A stretch of DNA of 63,888 nt, the filler included, from Dugesia japonica (lineage: Eukaryota): assembly GCA_001938525.1 (NCBI GenBank). It is 5 parts of 5 records of this genome, joined end to end, with 100 filler letters (N's around TTAATTAATTAA, not from the genome) between each part and the next. Parts side by side here need not be neighbours in the genome. Positions count along the whole stretch, not along the records: positions 1 to 9,314 come from MQRL01554210.1; 4 more parts are not named here. The stretch is one strand, 5' to 3'. The notes beneath the pieces were generated by a model. That model ran no database searches. It was not told the origin of the DNA and saw nothing but the letters and a program-made list of their open reading frames with translations. Positions 1-9,414 of the stretch are shown here, one piece after another. Numbering within the stretch: position 1 is the first letter of the stretch; each line of letters opens with the position of its first letter. The translations under genes and the position numbers were made by a program.

Positions 1-692
1 TTAAATAAAGTATAGAAATATTTTGAATTTTTAAATTTAAGTAATAAATCAATAATAGTAGATTGAAATAAAATATTTTAATAATAATAATATTTTTAAT
101 AATATTTAATAATATTTTATAATAAAGAATTTTTTGAATATTTAAAATGAAGTAAAAAAATTAATAAAAGTAAAATTAGAATAAATATTTTAATAAAAAA
201 TTTAAAATTGCAAGNNNNNNNNNNNNNNNNNNNNNNNNNNNNNNNNNNNNNNNNNNNNNNNNNNNNNNNNNNNNNNNNACAACTCAAGTGTTAATTTTTA
301 TGGAACCAAATAACAAAATAGAAGATTCTGAGGAAACTACTTACACCATTGACGAAAACATAAGTTTTTTTTGTGATTCTGATTTTTACTAATACAATTT
401 TAATTCGATGAGTTAGTTAAACATGGGACAAAAATTTATGTTTAGATGTAAATTTAAAAGGTAAGATAGGATTGTCTCATGTATTTGTATCCTAAAATGC
501 TTCCTTCCAGTCGAAAAATGGTATCAAAGAAATTTAGTATTTCACTGACTTCTATTTGAAATTTGAACGTTTTCCTTTTTCCCCATTTTTTGACTATTTT
601 TATAGAAAATTTCCATTCATTTATGAAATTTTTAAAGAAACGTTTCACTTTGAATATTTCTTCATGTAAATATCAATTTACTCTTCTCTTAG

Positions 693-1070
693 GTTATTTT
701 TAATACATATATATTTGATGATACAAATATGAGTAAAGATAACAATGTTATATGTAGTGATTCATCTGGATACCCAGATGATTATGATTACAATTATCCA
801 TTATGGGTGGTGGATTTTGGTAAGTCCAATTTAATAAAAAAAATTGTAATTTATGGAAGAACTGATTGTAGTGTAGAAAAATTATAAGGGACAATTCAAG
901 TAACGGAGAAAGATAGATATGTTTCATGGGTATCTANTAAAGAGAAACGCGATGATATATATATATATATATATATATAGAATTGATTGTGAAAANAGAT
1001 CACATTGGGTGATAATAACAGGAATACTAAACATTTGGTATTCTGTGAAGTGCAAGTGTAGGGAACAGAG
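693..1070 (+). pseudogene. F-type lectin (fucolectin/F5-8 type C-like) domain pseudoexon
   Basis: After a splice acceptor (ttctcttag) it reads ...YPLWVVDFGKSNLIKKIVIYGRTDCS... and later HLVFCEVQV*, matching the WxVDLG / I.I.nR.dC / LxxCEVxV pattern. Stops and a (TA)n expansion interrupt it. Confidence 0.55.
955..979. repeat. (TA)n microsatellite
   Basis: Seen directly. Confidence 0.95.
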
Positions 1071-1764
1071 TAAAATAATGAAATATTAATTGATTAATAA
1101 ACATTTTGTAAAAATAATTCTAATAATCAATAATAATAATAACCCAATTTGTTTAATGATATAATAAAAATGTTAATAATTTTCCAATTTTGTGCAGAAA
1201 GTTTAAAGATTTTTTTGGAAAGATGGTGTGTGAAGTACCAAATATCTTTTCTCGTGATCAAGAGATTAATGTTCAAACTGGTCTTCCCAGATACTAACAT
1301 TAGTTGCGCCTGATAATATTAATCTTATTTGTAAGATCCAAATGCTTATTATTCGGAATATTACAGTGGATATCATATGGTTATTATAAGACAACTCATT
1401 TTATCTAATTTTATTTCTTCCGTTTCAGCTTATCCAATTTATTAAAAAAATAACTATAGCAACACTAATTGTGTTTTTAAACAAGTTAAATTCCTGTTTT
1501 AATTTGGTGATCGTTTCTTAAAATCTTTTAAAATCTATTTAAAGTCATTTGACTTTTAATTCAGATTTTAAAATAAATTTTCAATTTATTTATTAAAACT
1601 TAATTTCAAAATTTAAAATAATTACTTNNNNNNNNNNNNNNNNNNNNNNNNNNNNNNNNNNNNNNNNNNNNNNNNNNTAATTTTTCTTTTCAATTTAAAT
1701 CTTTTTCAAAAAAGATTTCAAAAAAACGATCAACAACCACACAAAAAACTCGCTTCAAAACAAA

Positions 1765-1924
1765 CTCAGATTCCCATTTTTAAGAAATTTTTTGATCTCC
1801 TCTATGTTTGTTTCGAGAATTTTTCCGTTTGTATCTTCAAGGATGTACAGTCTGTCGTGCACCTGTCAATTGATCTTATAAGAACCGTCAAAACGTCTTG
1901 TTTTTTGTTTCAACTTTCACTAAA
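1765..1924 (-). pseudogene. Gypsy integrase C-terminal fragment (distal half of the interrupted target)
   Basis: Minus strand LVKVETK..RFDGSYK..VHDRLYILEDTNGK; clearly homologous at DNA level to 31562-31732. Confidence 0.8.
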
Positions 1925-3010
1925 AGTAGATAGATAGTGGCACACGGGCACAATTTATTTTGGGCACCATTTTATAAATCACCCCCTTCCCCCGGGGGCT
2001 CGGAAACACACAATGATTGAAGTGCGTTTTCCTAGACATGATTTTTGTGCTCGTTTTTTTTCTAATAATTTTGGGATCAAAAATTTTTTGATCAAATCAA
2101 ATTTTTTGATAGAATCAAATTTTTTGATCGGATCAGTTTTTTGTCCTGAAAGTATGTGTGTGTATTTTTAAATTTTAAATTTTGTGTGTGTTTGAGTTGA
2201 TAAGGTGGTTTATAAAAAGTAGGTCAAGTTGAGTTTGTGTGTGTGGTTAAGTGTATGTGTAAGGCTGGAAAAAACGAGGATGAGAAGCTGGAAATCTTCG
2301 AGATTTATTCTTTTGTGGTTTTGAAGATTTGGTTGTGGTTGGACAAAAATTTGGTCAATATATTGTCTTAAGGACTTATGAGTTTGGATGGATGGTTTGT
2401 CCTACAAAGGTAGTGGCACACGGGCACGGTCGTATGAGTTATTGTGGATAATTTTTATGGAAGCTGTAGGTTTGTATGTGGTTGATGGAATTTGTTGGTT
2501 AATGGTTTGTTGGATAGATAATGTTATAAGAAATATGTTGGTTCTCGAATGTGCTTTGATTTTTTATTTTAAGGGCTACTATTTGATTGGCTTATTTTGA
2601 AGGTAGTATAAGTGTGTTAAAATTTTTTGGTGAGGTGGAGGTTGGTATGTGTGGATAGAGAAATTATTATCGGATTTTATAAGATTTATTTGAAATTTTT
2701 CTGTCTTGTGGTTATGACGTCATAATTTTTTGAAATCCTTATTTTGCTAAAAAATGCTGTATTATGCTTAAATTAATGAATTTAATGAAATTAATGTTAT
2801 TTTAATGTATTTGATGTAATTTTGGTTATTTTTTCAGTATTTTGAACAGGGAAGGGTTGTTTTTTATTTTTTCAAACATGGAAGAGGGGAGTCTTGATAT
2901 TTTTGAAAATTATTTTTGGCAGGAAATCTAAAAAATCATTTTTGGCAGGAAATCTAAAAATGATTTTTTGCGAGAAATTCAAAAAAAATATTTTTTGGAG
3001 GGAAAATAAA
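1925..3010 (+). repeat. Left terminal inverted repeat of the mini-Polinton
   Basis: Reverse complement of ~7740-8675; inner end has TTTTTGGCAGGAAATCTAAAAA-type short repeats. Confidence 0.92.
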
Positions 3011-3535
3011 AAGTATCATTAGCTATGCAATATCTAATAAAAAACATTGGTTGAGAACATTTCTGAGAACAAAATGATAAAAACGTAGGATTTTTTTCAT
3101 AAAAGTCATAAATTCATAGAACCTTTCAAGACATTTATACCTAATAAGATTATACAACAAACTTATAAGAAAATATTTTCATGATTGTATAGAGTTTATG
3201 AGTATATTATTTGCATAGTTACTTTGTATTATTTACATAGCAACAATGTACTTTAAAGATTATGAGTATATTATTTATATATTAACCGTGAAATAAGATG
3301 TCACCATGCAAAATGGATGCGTGCGTCATGTTCATGAGTAATTTAGATAACAAATCATATCATTTTAAACAAATTACATTCAATCATATTAATTAATAAT
3401 AACCATTTATTTCTTTTAAAACATTTAATGATCAATAAAAACTAACAAATAACGAGTATGTTTGTATTGCAGCAAGTATATAAACAGTTACTTTTGTAAA
3501 ATAAGTCGCATTTACATTTTAAAGTTGAAAACAAA

Positions 3536-3818
3536 ATGAACCAAATCGAAAGGGTAATTAAACAAATTACAGATGCAATTATCAGTGTATCAGTTGAGGA
3601 AATGAATGAAGGGGAAAGACAAATTAAAAAAATTGGCAGATGAAATTCATTTCATAAGCAGGATAGTGGCCCTATTGAGAAAACATGAGTCTGTTGAACT
3701 CATTGTCCGTTTAATATTCATGGAGGAAATTAAAGAAGAATTAAAGAGACATAAGAGAAATAAACTTATTGCTGGTATTTTATTGACATCTGTTGTGATA
3801 TTTTATTTATTTGGTTGA
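3536..3818 (+). pseudogene. Polinton accessory gene: small helical protein with C-terminal membrane anchor (one frameshift in an A7 run)
   Basis: TATATAAA ~3477, AAAATG at 3536, AATAAA ~3850; C-terminus KRHKRNK-LIAGILLTSVVIFYLFG. Confidence 0.55.
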
Positions 3819-4196
3819 AATTAATGTAATTATTATTATTTTCTTGTTTAATAAATAGATTTGAATAATAATTTTGTTTTTCTTTCACATTATGTATAAA
3901 AAAATCTTATAAATAAATAGTTGTTTTATTTAACTAAAATTGGTTTATAAGTGCACTATTTACACAGTTACCATATATTATAGGGTTTTTATTTACATAA
4001 TAACTATGTAATAATGTAAATGCATGCTATGTTCACGAATTTAAATAAATAAAAGTATTTTTGTTTCTTAGTATTATCAAAAAATGAAGACATTTTGATA
4101 ATAAAGCATATATTTTTTTAAAATACAAATACATGCTAATAAATATTTCATGTGTTATGTTGCTTCGTTTATTGTAAACTACTAAAGAAGGAATAA

Positions 4197-4346
4197 TTAG
4201 CCTAAAAACATCCTGGCAACTTCCAATCTACCATCCATATAAATTGGATTTTGAAGCTCAGCAATGGAATTACTAGCAATATTATTTGGATGAACTAGTG
4301 GACTACTATTACTCGGTAAATTAGTATAGAAATTATTTGATTTCAT
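4197..4346 (-). pseudogene. Polinton minor capsid (penton/PX) N-terminal fragment
   Basis: MKSNNFYTNLPSNSSPLVHPNNIASNSIAELQNPIYMDGRLEVA matches the FYxTLPSNSS..P.N..S...L..PI.L.G.WEV N-terminus; truncated. Confidence 0.8.
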
Positions 4347-4369
4347 CTGAATTTTTGTCTTGTTATTTT

Positions 4370-4810
4370 ATTTGTGTTGCTACTAATCAAATTGGTTTTT
4401 TCATTTTGCATACTATTGTTTATTTTTTTAGGTTCCCTTTGATTAAAATGGAACAGCTCTTGTAAATCTAATGAATACAACGATAAAAGACAAAAATATA
4501 CTTNTAAAATTTATTATTCGTTTCAATTAGATACATTTACCTTAAATCATCAATACCATAGACTTTATATGGTCTTGTTGAAAATCTTTTCGACATTGGC
4601 TTGTTCAGACTGTACAGTAGATGGCCATATAACACCTTTTTTGTCTGTCTTATCAATTTTGGGCTGTTTTCATCAATTTTTCTATGCTTCAAAAACTTGC
4701 CAAGTTTTTTGAATCCGTCTATATTGTCTTCATTTTTGTCTCCATTACAACAATTTTATGCAAATTTCAAGTCAAAATTAGGTAATGATTGCAATCTACT
4801 CATTGTTCAT
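4370..4810 (-). pseudogene. Polinton retroviral-like integrase N-terminal remnant
   Basis: YSLNKPMSKRFSTRPYKVYGIDDL and frameshifted YILSFIVVFIRFTRAVP resemble YTLHKP.R.RF.R..V.GIDD.WQ.DL and YILTVIDVFSK.AWAVP; the rest is deleted. Confidence 0.7.
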
Positions 4811-4844
4811 TTGAGTTAGGGTATTGTTATATTTCAACCATTGT

Positions 4845-5168
4845 TTATTTGAAATGAGTTAAGCCTAATGCAGCTAATGCAATTAGTAGCAATGCTGATA
4901 TAAAAGTACNACCTTGATTGTTCATTACTCGTCTCATTGACTTTCTATTTTTTGTGTTTACAAGAGTTAATAAAGTTTTTTTATGTTTCTTCAATGTTTT
5001 CGTTTTGGCTGCACTTAAATCTACATTACCACGAACACTATTTATAATAATTTCAAGTAACTCATCTATAACATACGGTGGGAATGATTGTAATATTCTC
5101 ATTCTAAAAGGTTTTGATGATTTAATCAAAGCTGTAAAAAACGGAATGCTTCTTTGTAATTTCATCAT
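4845..5168 (-). CDS. Conserved small Polinton protein with QxGG-like site and hydrophobic C-terminus
   Basis: EIIINSVRGNVDLS..K..LKKHKKTL...NQGXTFISALL resembles the small Polinton ORF usually adjacent to the ATPase. Confidence 0.7.
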   Translation of the reverse strand: MMKLQRSIPFFTALIKSSKPFRMRILQSFPPYVIDELLEIIINSVRGNVDLSAAKTKTLKKHKKTLLTLVNTKNRKSMRRVMNNQGXTFISALLLIALAALGLTHFK

Positions 5169-5201
5169 TATTTATTAAAATAATACGTACCATTTATTTG
5201 T

Positions 5202-5423
5202 TTATAATCGTTTTTTATTCATCATTCGCAGCTTCTTTCGACTTCTTTTTGCAAGTTTTTTAAACATATTCCTTTTATTTACTTGTTGCTTTTTATTTGC
5301 GTGTTTTTTCTTATGCGATTGTTTCTTCTTTTTTCCATACTTTTTCTTCTCAAAAAATATTTTGTGACGCTTAACAACACCATCAGTTACTTGATCAACT
5401 ACAAATTTCTTTAATTTTGTCAT
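5202..5423 (-). CDS. Very basic 73-aa protein, candidate DNA-condensing core protein
   Basis: Open K/R-rich ORF, co-oriented between the ATPase and the 4845-5168 ORF; function inferred. Confidence 0.5.
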   Translation of the reverse strand: MTKLKKFVVDQVTDGVVKRHKIFFEKKKYGKKKKQSHKKKHANKKQQVNKRNMFKKLAKRSRKKLRMMNKKRL

Positions 5424-5444
5424 TTTTTGAAATATTATGAAAAA

Positions 5445-6072
5445 TTACCTATTTTGTTTATATACTGTGATACCATTTGGTTTACACATATCTGTTCTTA
5501 CTATATAATCATCTGGACATTGTTGTGTAAAGTCGAAAAATAGATATCCATGTGGTTTTTGTGGCATCTTAAAAGGATTCAATAAGACATTGTCTGTCAT
5601 TCGGATATGGTTGTCTTGCTAGAAAATCAACAACAGTTTGATCTCTAGTATATTTGAATAGAACCAAATATTGCACGTTTAAATTACGAGTTCTATGAAT
5701 ACTTCCCTGATGACATAGATTTTGTGTAATACATATCACAGTTACATTGTGATGTCTTGATATATTTGTGAATAAATTATTGAAATCGCTTTCGTTGTTC
5801 GCCTCCTGATACAGATCATCAACAACAATAACATCACCTCGTCTTAATCTTTTGCTCCAATTAGAATCCAAACCATTGATAATTTTCATTTTAATATTAG
5901 AAAATTCAGATTTAGTCAATCCATNCTCCTCATCTGCGCCCCTATGCCAGTACATGTTTTTAAATTTAGACTTGATTAACTTTGATTTTAATAATTGACA
6001 TACAAACAAAGTTTTCTCGCTACTACTAGGTCCTTTAATTTGATAGACTTCGTCATTTCTTAATCTTTACAT
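5445..6072 (-). pseudogene. Polinton A32/FtsK-like packaging ATPase
   Basis: Degenerate Walker A GPSSSEKT, Walker B VIVVDDL, SRHHNVTVICITQNL, RTRNLNVQYLVLFK, frameshifted C-terminus PHGYLFFDF..CPDDYIVRT. Confidence 0.9.
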
Positions 6073-6139
6073 CTTCTTTTCTTTAATTTATTCATAATTT
6101 ATTACATTGTTTAAATTTTTTTTAACGAATTAAATAAAT

Positions 6140-6826
6140 TTGTCCTTCAAAACCCAAATGTTCCTCATTAATTCATTAATTAGGATAACCAATATTGATG
6201 AAAGAGGTGAAGTGCCACAAGAAGTTACAAAGAAAATGAGCTTTCCTACAGGCAAACCATGTCAATTCCAAGTTAAAGTGACAAATATACAATTATATTC
6301 TTTAGATCAGGAAAATGTAGAATAATTGGTTGTTAGAAACCATCGGAACCATTGATTAATCATTGATTCATCAGAACCATGACATTAACCATGAAGAAAT
6401 AGAAAATATAATGGAAGCTAATGATAACGGAAAAGTCAATATTAATAAAGAAATAAATGAAGAAACAACTATTGAAGATGAAAAGGTGGAAGATACATGT
6501 AATGATAATGGTGACGATATTGGTTAATTTGAACTTGAAGATAAAAATTATGAAAATTATTATGGTAAAAGTTTTAGTTATTATTGTTTAATTTAATTAT
6601 TTTTTAGAATTACAGTTGGAGATATTACATGAAACCTTTCCAGAATTACTTCATGAATACATGCTGTTGATGATGATTGAATATTTTAAGCATTTATTGC
6701 AAACAAAAGCAATATATATGTTTCAAGTCATGGACAATTTCATCATAGAACTTCTTGCAGGTTTCACTTTCAAAGAAAACAAGAACCATTATGAAGTCGT
6801 AAAATAAAACAATTTGAAGATGACTG
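6140..6826 (+). pseudogene. Degraded acidic accessory gene with a candidate 43-nt intron (6565-6607)
   Basis: Removing GTAAAA...TTTTTAG joins ..YENYY-E-LQLEILHETFPELL in frame; AATAAA ~6853. Confidence 0.4.
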
Positions 6827-7429
6827 AAGAATATTATAAAAAATGTTTAATTAATAAATGTTTTATTGGATAATTGTTTTCTTTTTTTAAAGTAAATAAA
6901 TACAATTTTTTTATAATACCAAGTAAACAAAAAACAATATTTTAAATAAATTAATTTATGATAACTAATTTCATTAACATACATTTTAAGTGGAAAAATA
7001 CATCGCTAATTAGACTTTTTATGAAAAATTGCAACACTAATGAGACATTTTATTAAATATTTCATCACTAATATTGCATCACTAATATGTTTTTAAAGGA
7101 AATTACCTAGTTAATGTTTTTTTTATGAAAAAGTTCTATTTTTTATCATCTTGTAAAGAAAAGTTTTAATTTAAATTTTGTATCATGCAAATATTGCATA
7201 GAGTCCCCTCTTTGAACTTTTTTATTTGAATATTTTAATAAAAGTTATATTTTATTATGCAAATATCACAANNNNNNNNNNNNNNNNNNNNNNNNNNNNN
7301 NNNNNNNNNNNNNNNNNNNNNNNNNNNNNAGACTCTAAGTCTTTGAAGTTTTTTGATAGATGTATTTTCATAAATGCAACTCAGAAGCATTTCACCTGCA
7401 ACACTCAAACACTGAAAATTACTTGTCTA

Positions 7430-7660
7430 TGAATTTTAGACTGCCTCATACCTTGCAAAATAGTAAGCCTTTCCCATCCCGTGCTGAATATAGAGGCTCC
7501 CCATGTTAAATATAGTGACTCCCCATGCAAAATATCAAGACTACCCATACAATGCATACATTTCTTGTAATAATATCTTTAAAATATCAAGACTGTCATA
7601 TATCTTGTAATAATATCTTTAAAAATCTTATGCAAAATAAATAGACTCTGCATACAAAAT
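7430..7660. repeat. Subterminal imperfect tandem repeats (AGACT-CCCATGCAAAATAT type)
   Basis: Several degenerate units just inside the right TIR. Confidence 0.7.
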
Positions 7661-7739
7661 AAATTAATTTAATTTAATTTAATTTAATTATAATAAAAAA
7701 AATTCCTCCATTGAAATAAAAAGTTTTCAACCAAAATAT

Positions 7740-8675
7740 TTTTTTTTAATTTCCCACTAAAAAATTGTTTTTTTGAATTTCCTGCCAAAAGAATTTTTTT
7801 GAATTTCTCGGTAAAAGTATTTATTTTGAATTTCATGCCCCAAAAAGTTATTAAAAATATAAAGACTACCCTCTTCTCTGTTTGAAAAAATTAAAAAACA
7901 AGCCTTCCCTGTACAAAATAAAAGGAATAACCAAAATTAAATCAAATACATTAAAATAACATTACTTTCATTAAATTCATCAATTTGAGCAAAATACAGC
8001 ATTTTTTTAGAAAAATAAAGATTTCAAAAAATTATGACGTCATAACCACAAGACAGAAAAATTTCAAATAAGTCTTATAAAATCCGATAATTAATTCTCT
8101 TTCCACACATACCAACCTCCACATCACCAAAAAAATTTTTAACACACTTATACTACCTTCAAAATAAACCAATCAAATAGTAGCCCTTAAAATAAAAAAT
8201 CAAAGCACATTCGAGAACTAACATTTTCCTTACCTATCCAATAAACCAGCAACCAACAAATTCCATCAACCATATACAAACCTACAGCCTCCATAAAAAT
8301 TATCCACGATAACTCATACGACTGTGCTCATTTTTTCACAGTCTTAAACACACACATACACACAAAACCACACAAACAATCTCAACTTTACCTACTATTA
8401 AAAAACATCCTTAGCAACCCAAACACACACAAAATTTAAAATCAAAAAATACACACACACTTTCAGGATCAATAAACTAATCTGATCAAAAAAAATTTGA
8501 TCAGATCAAAGATTTTTTGATCCCAAAAATATTAGAATAAAAAACGAGCACAAAAGTCATGTCTAAAATAAAACAGTTCAAGCATAATGTGTTACCGAAG
8601 TCCCCCGGGGGGAGGGGGTGATTTAAAAAATTGTGCCAAAAATAAATTGTACCCATGTGCCACTATCAACCTACT
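7740..8675 (-). repeat. Right terminal inverted repeat of the mini-Polinton
   Basis: Reverse complement of 1925-3010, lacking about 145 bp present in the left TIR. Confidence 0.92.
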
Positions 8676-8960
8676 ACTAAAACCTTATCACCGACCTCAA
8701 ATTGTATTTTGGTTAGTTTCTTTTCATCATGTTCTTTGTATACTTTTGAGTATCTGTTTTGTACAATTTTTCTCGGCTTATTTTATTCCTAAATACGATT
8801 TCAGCAGGTCTTTTCAAGATGATCTTTTGTTTTTTAGCATTCAATATTAATTCCATCTCAAGCAACTCATCAGGGAAATCTGAGGTTTTTTTCTTTAAGT
8901 GTCCCATTTATAATATCTCGCATTGTCTTAAACTGCCTTTTGACGTCAAAATCTTTTGAA
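8676..8960 (-). pseudogene. Gypsy integrase fragment (proximal half of the interrupted target)
   Basis: LEMELILNA..RPAEIVFRNKISREK..FEVGDKVLV, homologous to 27167-27394 (PEIEFALKAT..IVFRKKVSREKW). Confidence 0.8.
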
Positions 8961-9314
8961 GTCTTTTTTTGTGTAAAAATTTTGTATTTTGCTCGAAAAG
9001 ATGAATTAATTTTAAATAATAGTATTTTTCTAAAAATGATGTATTTTTGAGTATTTTGAGTGGGAATGGTTGTTTTAAATAATTTTTTATGGGGAAATAG
9101 GGGAGTCTTGTTTTTTTTGTTAGCGGGAAATTTGAAAAAAAATTTTTGGAGAGAAATTTAAAATATTTTTTGCCGATAAATTTAAAAATTTATTTTTAAG
9201 AGGGAAATTTTTGTTGCGGGGAAAACCCGTTATAAAAGGAAATCAGGCCGAAAAGCCTGAATCAACAGAAAAGAACAACAGAACCATCATATTTACCAAT
9301 AATAAAGGTGTTGG

Positions 9315-9414
9315 NNNNNNNNNNNNNNNNNNNNNNNNNNNNNNNNNNNNNNNNNNNNTTAATTAATTAANNNNNNNNNNNNNNNNNNNNNNNNNNNNNN
9401 NNNNNNNNNNNNNN
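9315..9414. other. Artificial contig spacer N44-TTAATTAATTAA-N44
   Basis: Exactly 100 nt; six-frame stop linker; recurs four times in the window. Confidence 0.95.

Larger units (their letters stand above)
1925..8675. mobile_element. Non-autonomous, internally deleted Polinton/Maverick with both TIRs and a 6-bp TSD
   Basis: Termini AGTAGATAGATAGTGGCAC ... GTGCCACTATCAACCTACT; ACTAAA at 1919-1924 and 8676-8681; ~1-kb inverted repeats; ATPase, integrase and minor-capsid remnants inside. Confidence 0.93.

Noticed and set aside
2388-2600. ORFs within TIRs or antisense to real genes (e.g. 8587-8850, 4918-5178, 47929-48240)
   Set aside because: Shadow ORFs with no recognisable motifs.
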